From positions 7,129,929 to 7,193,928 of the forward strand of contig OZ245838.1 in NCBI GenBank assembly GCA_965228735.1: a DNA stretch of 64,000 nucleotides. The letters are read 5' to 3'. Position numbers and translations under genes: made by a program. This DNA is from Planctomycetota bacterium (GTDB taxonomy: Bacteria; Planctomycetota; UBA1135; UBA2386). The notes beneath the pieces were generated by a model. That model had not been told where the DNA came from and made no database searches. It worked only from the letters and a program-made list of their open reading frames with translations. Positions 51,804 through 62,511 of this stretch are shown piece by piece (position 1 is the stretch's first letter; each line of letters begins with the position of its first letter).

Positions 51804-53273
51804 ATGACCGATTCGCAGAGACCAGAAGACAACGCTGACCAGCCGACCATTCCGATCGGGCCCGAGCCGACCTCGCAGTTCCCGCTGACGCCGCAGGCGC
51901 CCGGGATCGGCGGCGGAGAGGAGACGCACGGCGAAGCCGGGCGACTCCTCGGAGCCGGCGATCCCGGGCGGGCGCCAACCCCCTCGACGACAGGCGACCT
52001 GCCGCCCGAGCTCGCAGGCCGTCGTCGCTCGCGCACGCGCCGCCGTGTCGTGCCGCAACCGCGTCAGCATTTCAGCGCCCGCGAGCGCCTGCTGATCCTG
52101 GACACCTGGCAGCGCTCGAAGCTGCCGGCAAAGGACTTCGCTGCGCTCGTCGGAGTGTCGCCGCATTCGCTCTACAAGTGGCGCAGCCGCTTCCAGGAGG
52201 AAGGGCCGGCGGGCCTCGAGGATCGCCCGAAGGGCCCCGGGCCCGGCAGCCGCCTGTCGGACGAGACGAAGCGCGCGATCCTGATGATGAAGCAGGCGCA
52301 TCCCGAGTGGGGCCAGGATCGCCTGCACTCGATGCTCATGCGCACGCAGGGCCTCGCTGCGAGCCCAGGTGCGATCGGTCGCTACCTGGAGGAAGAGGGC
52401 TACGTCGTCGAGGACGTGCCGACGAAGCCGCACCCGGACAAGCCACGACGCTTCGAGCGCAGCAAGCCGAACCAGATGTGGCAGACGGACCTGTTCACCT
52501 TCGTCTTGAAGCGTCAGAACCGACGTGTGCACCTGGTCGGCTTTCTCGACGACTACAGCCGCTACCTCGTCGGCTTCGGACTGCACGCGAGCAGCTCCGG
52601 TGCGATGGTGCGCGAGGCGCTGGAGTCGGCGATCGCCAACTACGGTGCGCCCGACGAAGTGCTGACCGACAACGGGACGCAGTACAAGACCTGGCGCGGC
52701 AAGAGCGCCTTCACCAAGTTGCTCGAGCGTCGCGGGATCAAGCAGATCGTCGCCAGCCCGCGGCATCCGCAGACGCTGGGCAAGATCGAGCGCTTCTGGG
52801 GGACGCTGTGGCGCGAGTGCGTGCAGCAGGCAGTGTTTCGCGATCTCGACGACGCGCGTGATCGCATTCGTCAGTTCGTCGATCACTACAACTTCCAGCG
52901 CACGCATTCGGGGATCGACGGCATGGTGCCGGCGGATCGCTACTTCGAATCAGCGCCGCAGGTGCTGGAGACGCTGCGCGAGCAGGTGAAGGCCAACGCC
53001 AAAGAACTCGCGCAGAACGGCGCACCGCGCAAGACCTTCTACCTGACGGGTCGAGTCGGTGACTCCAACATCTCGCTGCATGCCGAGGGCGAGCGGGTCG
53101 TGCTGACGAAGGAGGACGGCAGTCGCGAAGAGGTCGACCTCGGCGCGACCGGCCGGCGGGCCGAAGTCGGGAGCGAATCTGACGTCGAAGGGCCCGGCGA
53201 GTCTCCCCTCGATGCCGCTCTGCAGGACCTGTCCGACGGTCTCGATTCGGAGACCGGGGAGGACGACTCGTGA
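51804..53273 (+). CDS. IS481-like DDE transposase (copy 2)
   Basis: Translation identical to 45173-46642. Confidence 0.9.
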   Translation: MTDSQRPEDNADQPTIPIGPEPTSQFPLTPQAPGIGGGEETHGEAGRLLGAGDPGRAPTPSTTGDLPPELAGRRRSRTRRRVVPQPRQHFSARERLLILDTWQRSKLPAKDFAALVGVSPHSLYKWRSRFQEEGPAGLEDRPKGPGPGSRLSDETKRAILMMKQAHPEWGQDRLHSMLMRTQGLAASPGAIGRYLEEEGYVVEDVPTKPHPDKPRRFERSKPNQMWQTDLFTFVLKRQNRRVHLVGFLDDYSRYLVGFGLHASSSGAMVREALESAIANYGAPDEVLTDNGTQYKTWRGKSAFTKLLERRGIKQIVASPRHPQTLGKIERFWGTLWRECVQQAVFRDLDDARDRIRQFVDHYNFQRTHSGIDGMVPADRYFESAPQVLETLREQVKANAKELAQNGAPRKTFYLTGRVGDSNISLHAEGERVVLTKEDGSREEVDLGATGRRAEVGSESDVEGPGESPLDAALQDLSDGLDSETGEDDS

Positions 53274-53800
53274 CGGCGAAGAAGCCACGCCCGAAGCCGG
53301 CGGGGCCGAAGGCCCTGACCGGCAGCGACGAGGCCAAGCGCCGCGCCACGGTCATCCTCGAAGCGATGTGTGGGCTTCGCACCACGCAGTCCGCCAGCGA
53401 TGAGCTGCGCATCGCGCTCGTGCGCTACTACGTGCTCGAGACGCGCATGCTGCAGGCGATGATCGACGCGCTGGAGCCGCGTGCGCGCGGTCGCAAGCGC
53501 GACATCGAGGCGGAACTCAAGCAGGTCCGCGAGGACGCCAAAAAGACGCAGCGCGAGCTGATGCGTCTGCAGGCGTTGCACCGCGTCACGCAGCGCGCTG
53601 TGTGCGTCAAACCGGACAAGCCCGCCAAGTCGGCCAATTCAAAAGGCGGAGCCCCGGTGAAGAAGCGTCGCACCCGCAAGCAGTCACGCGGTGAGCGCGT
53701 GCTCGCGGCGATGAAGGCTGCCGAGTCCGACGCTGCACCGGCGTCCTTGCCCGCGCCGAGTGCTATCGTGACGCGACAACCAGACGAGGGAGTGGCGTGA
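53270..53800 (+). CDS. OrfA-like protein 1 (copy 2)
   Basis: Translation identical to 46639-47169. Confidence 0.7.
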   Translation: MTAKKPRPKPAGPKALTGSDEAKRRATVILEAMCGLRTTQSASDELRIALVRYYVLETRMLQAMIDALEPRARGRKRDIEAELKQVREDAKKTQRELMRLQALHRVTQRAVCVKPDKPAKSANSKGGAPVKKRRTRKQSRGERVLAAMKAAESDAAPASLPAPSAIVTRQPDEGVA

Positions 53801-53801
53801 C

Positions 53802-54209
53802 ATGACGATGGGACGGCCGAACAAAGGACTGGATCACCTCGACAAGTACGACGTCTCCGAGCAGAGCCAGCTGCGCGGTCGCATCGTCATGCAGACCATC
53901 ACGGGCGAGCTCTCGGTGGCAGATGCGTGCGAGCAGCTCGGTGTCGATCGCTCGCGCTTCTGGCGTCTGCGTGACCAGGCGCTGCAGTGGTATCTGGAGT
54001 CCTTCGAACCTGGCCGTCCCGGTCGTCCTCGGAAGCGAGACGCGGATGCCGAGACCGAAGAGCAAGCTCTGCGTGATCGTGTCGCGCAGCTCGAGCGTGA
54101 GCTCCGTCTCGCGGAAGCGCGGGCGGATCTCGCCGGTCTCGATCCAAAAAAAGTGACGCCGGAACCACGGCGCATGAGCCGACAGGAGCGGCGACGAAGA
54201 AGCCGGTGA
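53802..54209 (+). CDS. OrfA-like protein 2 (copy 2)
   Basis: Translation identical to 47171-47578. Confidence 0.8.
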   Translation: MTMGRPNKGLDHLDKYDVSEQSQLRGRIVMQTITGELSVADACEQLGVDRSRFWRLRDQALQWYLESFEPGRPGRPRKRDADAETEEQALRDRVAQLERELRLAEARADLAGLDPKKVTPEPRRMSRQERRRRSR

Positions 54210-55282
54210 ACGCCACTGCGGGCAAGCGCTGGGCTGCGATCGACGTATCGCGTCAGGTGATCGCGAACGTCGTGCGCGACCTCGGCGTGACCTGTCGTCG
54301 TGCCGGCGAGTTACTGCGCTGCTCCGCGTCGACAGTGTCCGCCTGGATGCAGCGCGCGGCGCGCGCTGCCATCGGCACGCCCTATCGCAGGCCAGGTCGT
54401 CCGACTCTGGCCGCCGATCGACTGGCCCGCAACGACGTCTACGCCACGCTGCAGGCGCACGGCGGTCGCATCTCGGATCAGGAGCTCAAGCAGGCATACC
54501 CGGACGTCGGTCGCGCGGAGCTGCGGCGACTCAAGGCGCGATGGCGTCGGCTGTCGGCCCGGCTGCGCCGTCGCCGTCTCGAGCAGTTGACCTGGGAGTG
54601 CCCGGGCGCGATCTGGGCGATGGACTTCGCCGAGTTACCCGGCGGCATCGAAGACCTCGGCAAGCACCTGCTCGTCGTGCGCGACCTCGCCAGCGGCGCT
54701 GTGCTCGAGGCTGCCGCGTGCCGGGCGCAAGATGCCGCGCACGTCGTCCGTGTGCTCCGCCGACTGTTTGCCGAGCATGGCGCCCCGCTCGTCCTCAAGA
54801 GCGACAACGGGAGCGCCTTCGTCAGCCATGCTGCGCAGGCGCTGCTCGCCGCACACGGCGTGCTGCCGCTCTTTTCGCCCCCCGGGACGCCGGCATACAA
54901 CGGTGGCTGTGAGGCCGGCGTCGGCAGCGTGAAGTCGCGCGCTGTGGCCATCGCGAGCATGCGCGGCGTCGACTGTGGTGTCACGCTCGACGACTTGCAC
55001 GACGCGGTCGCGCAGAGCAACGCGCAGCCGATCGCGCGGCGCGCCGGCTCGCCGCTGCGCGGGCCAACGTGGCTTGCTCGGGCGCCGCTAACGGCCGCGA
55101 TGCGAGCTGGCCTGTGCCGCCGCGTCGAGCGGCATCGCGGGAGCGCCTGCCGTGCTCGGGGGATTGCCTGGGGCGCCGACCTCCCGCATCATCTACGGGC
55201 TTCGATTGATCGCTTCGCGATCGGTCGAGCGCTTCGTGAACTCCGTTTCCTATCAACCCGGAGAGCCGACTTTGCTGCCTGA
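54206..55282 (+). CDS. Second DDE transposase (copy 2)
   Basis: Translation identical to 47575-48651. Confidence 0.88.
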   Translation: MNATAGKRWAAIDVSRQVIANVVRDLGVTCRRAGELLRCSASTVSAWMQRAARAAIGTPYRRPGRPTLAADRLARNDVYATLQAHGGRISDQELKQAYPDVGRAELRRLKARWRRLSARLRRRRLEQLTWECPGAIWAMDFAELPGGIEDLGKHLLVVRDLASGAVLEAAACRAQDAAHVVRVLRRLFAEHGAPLVLKSDNGSAFVSHAAQALLAAHGVLPLFSPPGTPAYNGGCEAGVGSVKSRAVAIASMRGVDCGVTLDDLHDAVAQSNAQPIARRAGSPLRGPTWLARAPLTAAMRAGLCRRVERHRGSACRARGIAWGADLPHHLRASIDRFAIGRALRELRFLSTRRADFAA

Positions 55283-55322
55283 TTGCTCAGCCAGGGTGTG
55301 CAGTGTTTGGCGGGGGCGTACA

Positions 55323-55957
55323 GCGTCGGGAGAATGACTGATGAAGCCGGGCAATTCAGTTTTGACGGCATTTACGCGAGGGATGTATTGGAGATTGCGG
55401 TTGACGCGTCGGGTTTCAGAAGTGCTCAAAAGACTATAGGGCCGGGCGAAGGTGATGGAGTAGACTTTGTCTTAGATTGTGGGCATAGCGTGACAGTGGA
55501 AGTTGTAGAGCAGGGAGGTAGAGCCGCGCCGTTCTATGCAGTTCCGCTTGGTGGTGGTGGGCATTCGGACCGTATGGGGAAGGGGATAGTGGTTTGGCGC
55601 CAGCTGCCAGACGTCGTCACTTTTGGGGTGCAAGTTAGTGGTTGTCGATTTGAGGTTGTGCACAGGGCGGAAGAGTCAAGGGCGAGGATCGAAATACCGC
55701 CGCTTGGAAGTCTGAAAGCGCAAGCACGTGGCCTCTCTACTAGGATGTTGCAGCACGCAGATCATGTACGAGTGGAGTTGCAGCTGCTCGACAGGGCGCC
55801 GGCGGAGCCATTTCAAATTGTGCTGGATGAGGCAGTAGACGTATTGGCAGGGCGATACAGAGCGCGACTAATAGGTGGCGAGATCGGTGAGTCAGCGGCG
55901 GTGGTTCAGGACGTGGACGTGCTTCCGGGGCGCTTGGTGGAGATTACGTTCAAGTAG
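55323..55957 (+). pseudogene. 3' fragment of a carboxypeptidase-regulatory-like gene, lower GC
   Basis: MTDEAGQFSFDG..DASGF; begins at the element end. Confidence 0.6.
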
Positions 55958-56353
55958 AGCGGCCCCGGGTAGTCCGATGAACGGCGTGCGTCGCCGTTGA
56001 CCAACGGTATTTGAACGCCGCCGGCGTGGAGAATGCCGGGGAAAGGCGTCGTTTCGGGGAGATGGCGCATGGGGTGTTTTACGTCGATGTGCCACTGGAG
56101 ATGTGGGTTGGGGCGGTGACGAAAGTTTCGCCAGAATCGCTCGGGCTTCGGCGCCTGCGGTAGCGGCGTCGCAATCTGCGAGTTCGCCTGACTTCAGCCC
56201 CCCGAGTGAATCTCGAATCTCGGATGTCACATTTCCTCTGGCATGTGACTCCCGGACGGGCGCCCGCCACCGTTGACCAACGGTGTTTCAACGGTGGATC
56301 GGCCGGTTGTCGCCCCGATCGTCGCCGCTGGTTAACAGTTGGTGGCGGGCGGC

Positions 56354-56890
56354 CTATTCGCGGAGGAGAAGCTTTGCGACGACGAGCGCAGTCTCATTCT
56401 GGTAGCTGTCGTGAGCGGTTGTCGCGAGGCGTTGGCGTACCCACGCGTCGTCGAACAGTCGCCAGCTATTCTCCTCGAACGTGGCGGTCAGACCGCGCTT
56501 GTCGGTGGCCTTCGCGATCTTGCCGGTAGCCAAGCATAGGGTCACTGTCGGGTTGGGCTGGCAGGACCCGGACTTCGCGAACTGATCGGCAAGTGCTGGC
56601 AGCACGACGTCGCGCACAGCTCGATCTGTGAACAGCTTGTAGTGGTCCGGGTCGTGGAAAACGCCGGCCTTGAACCGAACCCCATAGGAGTCGAGGTAGG
56701 ACTCGCACTCGACGACGAGCAGCTCGTTGGTCGAGCCCTTGTAGCCCACGACGTCGACTTCCCAGCGTGGAGACGACGGCTTGCCCATCGCGGCCTTCTG
56801 GCGCTTGGTCAGCGCGACTTTGACGGAGGTGTCGGTCCAGTAGCCGTCACGTCGCAGCAGCAGGGCGATCAGGTTCTCGAAGGCATCCAT
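56354..56890 (-). CDS. PD-(D/E)XK-like nuclease-fold protein
   Basis: FENLIA, WEVDVVGY..LLVVECES. Confidence 0.6.
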   Translation of the reverse strand: MDAFENLIALLLRRDGYWTDTSVKVALTKRQKAAMGKPSSPRWEVDVVGYKGSTNELLVVECESYLDSYGVRFKAGVFHDPDHYKLFTDRAVRDVVLPALADQFAKSGSCQPNPTVTLCLATGKIAKATDKRGLTATFEENSWRLFDDAWVRQRLATTAHDSYQNETALVVAKLLLRE

Positions 56891-57127
56891 GCAGGTCCCA
56901 GACAATAACTCGCGGTGCATGGCCAGACGCGATACGATCGATCTCGGAGGCGATTCCTATGAAACTGCACTCCATCCCAAACACCCCAGGACATCGGGGA
57001 TAACCACAGGCCGGGATGCCGGGTAGCCGGCTCGGTGACCAGCCACCGAAAGGGCCGTAGATGATGTGGTAACGAGGCAACGCGTTGCGCCCCGCGCCGA
57101 GCTGGGTCGGCCGGGGCAGACTTTGAA

Positions 57128-57577
57128 CTACGCGACTGCCGCTGCGAGGAGATCGATCGCCTTCCGCATCGCGACTCGCAACCGTTCAGCTTCCGCGTCG
57201 CCCTCGGCCCGAATCTTGTCAGCGACCTGCCTGATCATGGACTCGACATCGGTCGGCGCGCTGCTGGCCCTGGGACGGCGTGTCGTGGGCTTCTTCGGGG
57301 CCGGCCTGGTCAGAGCGCCGGTTGCCGTCGCGTCGTCCTGGCGGGACAGGAGCCGCTTGGCGGCGCTCACGCTGGCGGCAGTGATCCGCGTGCCATGCAC
57401 CGCAGCTTGGGCCTTGGCGTCGTCGATGCTGATCTCGGGGTTCTGCGTGATGATGTGCAGCGCTACGAGGATCGGCTCGCGGACCTTCGGGTAGCGCGCC
57501 TTCAGCTCGGCGAACTGCTCGGTCCAGGTGTCGTTGGTGGTGGGGATGGTGGCTTCTGCGGTTTCAGTCGTGGTCAT
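57128..57577 (-). CDS. Hypothetical protein
   Basis: 149 aa; AAGGA RBS upstream; host-like codon use. Confidence 0.65.
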   Translation of the reverse strand: MTTTETAEATIPTTNDTWTEQFAELKARYPKVREPILVALHIITQNPEISIDDAKAQAAVHGTRITAASVSAAKRLLSRQDDATATGALTRPAPKKPTTRRPRASSAPTDVESMIRQVADKIRAEGDAEAERLRVAMRKAIDLLAAAVA

Positions 57578-57920
57578 GGTGGTCCTTCAGGACGTTGGGG
57601 AACATACGGTGGAAGGCGCGCCGCTGGTCGTCCCAGAGCGGATGCCTTCCGACTTCGCGTAGGTGGCGATCGCGAGGCTCGACGTCGCCGAGCAACACGG
57701 CCGCCTGGATGTCAGGGGCGAGAAGCGCCAGGTCGCAGACCTGGGTGATGCGGGCGCGTGTGATCCCGAGCCGGCGACTGGCTTCGGCGTAGCCGTCCAG
57801 GCTGCCCCTTTCGACGAGGTCCTCGATGTGGTGGGCAAGGGCCACTCGGCGCGCGATCGCGGTCGGCCCCGCAGGCTGCGGCTCAGGCGGCGCCTCGGGC
57901 CGTCGGCGGCAGGTGCGGAA
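57564..57920 (-). pseudogene. Integrative-element HTH protein truncated by IS256
   Basis: ALAHHIEDLVERG..YAEASRRLGITRARITQVCDLALLAPDIQ, a pattern typical of serine-recombinase-associated genes. Confidence 0.65.
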
Positions 57921-59284
57921 GGGAGTGTGCGATGAACGGTGTATTCGCGTGACGGCTGGTGGGATCCTCTGACCCGTAGGGAGCCCACCGATGACCCCGA
58001 AGAAGAATGACCGCCACCGAATCCCGGACGAGCTGATCGACCAGCTCCTCGCCAACTACGAGAAGCCAGAAGACCTGACAGGAAAGGACGGCATCCTCAA
58101 GGAGCTGACGGCCCGGCTGCTCGGCCGAGCCCTCGAAGGCGAGATGACCGAGCACCTCGGCTACGAGAAGCACGCACCGCGTGCCGAGGGCACGAGCAAC
58201 GCGCGCAACGGATCACGCAGCAAGACGATCAAGGTCGAGGACGGCGAGCTCGAGATCGAGGTGCCGCGCGATCGCGACAGCACGTTCGAGCCCGAGATCG
58301 TCAAGAAGCGCCAGAGACGCTTCGCGGGCTTCGACGAGAAGATCCTGGCGCTCTACGCCCGCGGCATGACCGTCCGCGACATCCAGGGCCACCTGGAGGA
58401 GCTGTACGGCGTCGAGGTCTCGCCATCGCTGATCTCGAGCGCCACGTCGGCGGTCCACGAAGACGTCCTGGCCTGGCAGAGCCGGCCGCTCGAGCCGGTC
58501 TACCCGATCGTCTTCCTCGATGCGCTCGTCGTGAAGGTGCGCGACGAAAGCGTCGTCCGAAACAAGTCGGTTTACCTGGCGATCGGCGTCACGCTCGACG
58601 GCCGCCGCGAAGTCCTCGGGATCTGGATCGAGCAGACGGAGGGCGCCAAGTTCTGGCTGAAGGTCATGAACGAGCTGAAGACGCGGGGCGTCCAGGACAT
58701 CCTGATTGCGTGCTGCGATGGCCTGAAGGGCTTCCCGGACGCGATCGAGCACGTGTTCCCGCAGGCCACCGTGCAGACCTGCATCGTGCACATGATCCGG
58801 AACTCGCTGCGCTTCGTCAGCTACAAGGATCGCAAGGCCGTCGCCAAGGACCTCAAGCCGATCTACACGGCGGCCAACCGTGAAGCCGCCGAGGCAGCGC
58901 TGGATGCCTTCGACAAGAAGTGGGGCCGCCGCTACGAGATGATCACCTCGTCCTGGCGAGCGAACTGGGAGCGTGTCGTGCCGTTCCTCGACTTCCCGCC
59001 CGAGGTCCGGCGCGTGATCTACACGACCAACCAGATCGAGGCGCTCAACTCGAGCCTGCGCAAGCTGCTGCAGTACCGCGGCCACTTCCCGGACGACAAG
59101 TCCGTCACCAAGCTGCTCTACCTCGCGCTGCGTCGCTTCGAGAAGAAGTGGACGCGTGCGCTCTGGAATTGGAGCGCCGTCCTCGGGCAGCTCGCTATCT
59201 TCTTTCAAGGCAGGATACCTGCCCTGTAACCGTGACCTCACTCCGCCAGCTGGTCGCCGTTTACACCGTTAGCTGCACACTCCC
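57921..59284 (+). mobile_element. IS256-family element (complete, 1364 bp)
   Basis: IRs GGGAGTGTGCGATGAACGGTGTA / GGGAGTGTGCAGCTAACGGTGTA; no matching TSD. Confidence 0.95.
57991..59229 (+). CDS. IS256 transposase
   Basis: VPRDR..FEP, VFLDA, CCDGLKG, QTCIVH, YTTNQIE. Confidence 0.97.
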   Translation: MTPKKNDRHRIPDELIDQLLANYEKPEDLTGKDGILKELTARLLGRALEGEMTEHLGYEKHAPRAEGTSNARNGSRSKTIKVEDGELEIEVPRDRDSTFEPEIVKKRQRRFAGFDEKILALYARGMTVRDIQGHLEELYGVEVSPSLISSATSAVHEDVLAWQSRPLEPVYPIVFLDALVVKVRDESVVRNKSVYLAIGVTLDGRREVLGIWIEQTEGAKFWLKVMNELKTRGVQDILIACCDGLKGFPDAIEHVFPQATVQTCIVHMIRNSLRFVSYKDRKAVAKDLKPIYTAANREAAEAALDAFDKKWGRRYEMITSSWRANWERVVPFLDFPPEVRRVIYTTNQIEALNSSLRKLLQYRGHFPDDKSVTKLLYLALRRFEKKWTRALWNWSAVLGQLAIFFQGRIPAL

Positions 59285-59383
59285 CCTTCGGAGTTCGAGA
59301 GCAACTACTACAATCAACAACGAGCTGCTGCCGCGGTGGTGGCACTCAACTAACCGAGCCTCCGGAGAACCCGGGGCGGTTCA
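59285..59383 (+). mobile_element. IS3-family right-end remnant
   Basis: Inverted copy of 49788-49886 ending CCGGGGCGGTTCA. Confidence 0.9.
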
Positions 59384-59419
59384 GCAGCCGCTGACTACCC
59401 TGGACTGTGGGGTTCTGAG

Positions 59420-60730
59420 TTAGCGCAGATCGAGCTTTGCCCACCGCAACTCCCGATCAACGCGGCAACCGAACCAGATGGTCTCGCCCTTTCGATCCCA
59501 CCATGGTCTCCCGACGTCATCGTACGGCGGAGACTTGTGATTGCCGGCGACAATTCGCCACCCACCGTTGTGGAGAACGGCGCACGCGATTGCGCCCTGC
59601 GGTCCGAATGTGACGTGTTCGATGTCCTCGACATTCTCGATCAGAGTGTTCGCCGGCTCTCCCTTGCGTCGGCGATGGAGCGACCACCGCCCTCCGCGAA
59701 TAAGGCGCTCACCTTCCCGATGTAGGCGAGTGACGGGACCGATCGGGCCACCGGAGCAGGTCGCGAATGCGACCTCGTCACGCTTTGGATGAAACACGGG
59801 ATTGCCTACGAACTCGAACTCGGGCGCGGGCAGCTCTTCGCCATCGAACGCGAGGTTCAGTCGGTCGCCCTTCAGATAGCGGAAGACGAACGTCTTGCTG
59901 TTCGGTGAGAAGTCGGCCAGGAATGCAGCGTCGACTCCTTCGCCGTAGGTCGACTCGCCTACTCGGACGCGGTACTTCCCGGCTTCGACGCCGGCCGGAA
60001 CGCGGATGCCCGGCGGAATGACCGGGCCGCCTTCGACAATCGTCAAGGCAACGCGCTTTCCGTTGGGGGACAGCGCGATGTCCTGGATTTCGGATTCGCT
60101 TGGCAGGGCCGTTGGCGTGCCGCGTTTGAACAACAGGGGTATGTAGGAGCGTTCGCGTCGGTGCAGGGTCAGCACCGTGCGTCCATCCAGGCTGAGGCGT
60201 GGCGGCATCAGAGCGACTGGGGCATGGTACGGTTCGCTCTTCTTGCGGCCGGTGTGGAACACCATGTCGACGTACTCGATGAATTCGGGTTCACTCGGCC
60301 GCTCCCAGAACGCCAGGTCGCCGCCGCGGTTGATCACGATCTCACCGAGCCACCCGAAGCCGGCGTCTAGGGTGCCGTTCTTGATGATCCACCACCCCTC
60401 GTCGTGTCCTTCGCGGTGCGCTGCGCGGAATGCGTAGTGGCGAGCCGCTTCGTCCATCACGGGCTGATCGAGGACTCGGAACTTGCCGAGCTCAGTGTCT
60501 CCGACCATCGCGACCCAAGATCCGGATCGGAACGCGCCGTAGGCGACGAACTTGCCTTCGGCGCCAAACGCAAATTGCGTTCGGATGGGTTCCCGGCTCG
60601 CGAACCGATTCCGGTTAGGTCCTTCCAGCGCCATGCCATCGGGAATCGTGGCAAGTAGCCGTTCGCCGGCGCCCTGTTGCGCGCCCAGCGAGATTGCCCA
60701 GAGGAGCCCCCAGCACGTTCGAGCCATCAT
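59420..60730 (-). CDS. Secreted TolB/WD40-like beta-propeller protein
   Basis: Signal peptide; LSPNGKRVA, FSPNSK, TFGPQGAIA blades. Confidence 0.7.
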   Translation of the reverse strand: MMARTCWGLLWAISLGAQQGAGERLLATIPDGMALEGPNRNRFASREPIRTQFAFGAEGKFVAYGAFRSGSWVAMVGDTELGKFRVLDQPVMDEAARHYAFRAAHREGHDEGWWIIKNGTLDAGFGWLGEIVINRGGDLAFWERPSEPEFIEYVDMVFHTGRKKSEPYHAPVALMPPRLSLDGRTVLTLHRRERSYIPLLFKRGTPTALPSESEIQDIALSPNGKRVALTIVEGGPVIPPGIRVPAGVEAGKYRVRVGESTYGEGVDAAFLADFSPNSKTFVFRYLKGDRLNLAFDGEELPAPEFEFVGNPVFHPKRDEVAFATCSGGPIGPVTRLHREGERLIRGGRWSLHRRRKGEPANTLIENVEDIEHVTFGPQGAIACAVLHNGGWRIVAGNHKSPPYDDVGRPWWDRKGETIWFGCRVDRELRWAKLDLR

Positions 60731-61086
60731 TGAGTCGCATGCTACCGGGAATGGGACGTCGCTGCAGCGGGGCGTCGCGGTCGGCTTCCCGTGTATGCTG
60801 GCTGAGTGCGAACACTGGCAGGCCGTTTCCTGAGTTGGGCGGTGCGGTGCATCACCTGCATTGGTGTCGCCGTGTGCGTGGTGTGTTCGCTCTCGCCTGG
60901 CCAAACCGGCATCGAATGGCCTCCCCCGGTTTCTGCGAAACCTCAGTTCAAACCGGGTCAGCAGGCTACGGCACTCGAGAACGTTGGCCCGAGCTACACG
61001 TTCAAGATTACGATTGTGGAGCGTTCGACGGGGAAGCCCCTGGCGGGCGCCGAGCTGCTCTATCTGCCAGACGACTTCGGACGCGA

Positions 61087-62511
61087 GGTAGTGCAGCATG
61101 CGTTCTGTAAACCGCCCGAGGCAGCTTGACGCAGTCGGCGGTGGTCGTCGCGGTCGGTCTGGGCGCTGCACCCTGGGTGCAGTGGCCAGGCCGACCGCGA
61201 CGACCACCGCCGGCGCGGACGGATGCTTCAAGTCGGCGAGTCACGACGCTCAGCTTTTGTTAACCACAACGAAAGCAGAACGAAGTGACCCACCAATCCG
61301 AAAGTAGCACGCTCGACACCGTCTTGGAATCCATCGCAACGCAGGGTCTGGGAGGGATCGCGGACGCGATCCGCGTCCTCGTGAACGAGGCCATGAAGAT
61401 CGAGCGATCCGCGTTCCTGGGCGCCGGCCCAAACGAGCGTACCGAGTCACGACGGGGCTACGCCAACGGCTTCAAGCCGAAGACCGTGGCGACTCGCGTC
61501 GGCGCGATCGAGTTCGCCGTCCCGCAGGTCCGCGAGGCCGTCGACGGCGAACGCTTCTATCCGACGGCACTCGAACGCGGGATTCGCTCGGAGCGCGCCC
61601 TGAAGCTCGCGGTCGCCGAGATGTACGTCCAGGGCGTCTCGACCCGCAAGGTCGCCGCGATCACCGAGGAGCTCTGCGGAGTACAGGTGTCGTCCCAGCA
61701 GGTCTCCCGGGCCGCCGCGGCACTCGACGACGAGCTGCAGCAGTGGCGGATGCGCGAGCTCGGCCGGTGCCGCTACCTGGTCCTCGATGCCCGCTACGAA
61801 AAGGTCCGGCACGCCGGCTCCGTCATGAGCGCCGCCGTCCTGATCGCGACGGGCGTCGATGATGCAGGCCATCGCTCGGTCCTCGGCGTCAGCGTGTCGC
61901 GCTCGGAAGCCGAGGTCCACTGGCGCGACTTCCTCGACAGCCTGCGTGAACGTGGCCTGCACGGGCTCGGACTCATCGTCAGTGACGACCACTCTGGCCT
62001 CCGCCAAGCTTTGGCGGCGAGCTTTCCCGGAGTCGCTTGGCAACGCTGCCAGTTCCACCTGCAACGCAACGCCGCTCCACGAGTGCCGACCGTCTCGTTG
62101 CGCCCGTCGATCGCTCGTGGACTTCGTGCGGTCTTCAACGCTCCAGACCGACCTGAGGCCGAACGGCTTCTTGATAGGCTTCTGGAGGATCACGCGGAAA
62201 CCGCTCCCGACTTTGTCCGGTGGGCTCGCGACAACGTCCCCGACGGCTTCGCTGTCTTCGCGATCCCGGCGACGCACCGTCGCTGCCTTCGCACGACCAA
62301 CATGCTCGAGCGCCTCAACAAGGAGCTCCTGCGCCGCACCCGCGTTGCGACGCTCTTCCCCAACGACGCCTCTCTTCTCCGGCTCGCCACCGCGGTCCTC
62401 ATGGAGATCAGCGAGGACTGGGTGACTGGCCGTCGCTATCTCTCCATGGACGCTGAGTGAAATGATTCGCCGACTATGGGCTCGCTCTTACAGAACGAAT
62501 GTTGCTTTGCC
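61087..62511 (+). mobile_element. Second IS256-family element (1425 bp) with an 8-bp TSD
   Basis: IRs GGTAGTGCAGCATGCGTTCTGTAA / GGCAAAGCAACATTCGTTCTGTAA; TSD GGACGCGA at 61079-61086 and 62512-62519. Confidence 0.95.
61285..62460 (+). CDS. IS256 transposase
   Basis: EMYVQGVSTRKV, LVLDARYEK, VSDDH, WQRCQFH, RTTNMLERLN. Confidence 0.97.
   Translation: MTHQSESSTLDTVLESIATQGLGGIADAIRVLVNEAMKIERSAFLGAGPNERTESRRGYANGFKPKTVATRVGAIEFAVPQVREAVDGERFYPTALERGIRSERALKLAVAEMYVQGVSTRKVAAITEELCGVQVSSQQVSRAAAALDDELQQWRMRELGRCRYLVLDARYEKVRHAGSVMSAAVLIATGVDDAGHRSVLGVSVSRSEAEVHWRDFLDSLRERGLHGLGLIVSDDHSGLRQALAASFPGVAWQRCQFHLQRNAAPRVPTVSLRPSIARGLRAVFNAPDRPEAERLLDRLLEDHAETAPDFVRWARDNVPDGFAVFAIPATHRRCLRTTNMLERLNKELLRRTRVATLFPNDASLLRLATAVLMEISEDWVTGRRYLSMDAE

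Larger units (their letters stand above)
51705..55322 (+). mobile_element. 3618-bp dual-transposase element, copy 2
   Basis: Same termini and identical ORF translations as copy 1 (offset 6631 bp). Confidence 0.92.
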
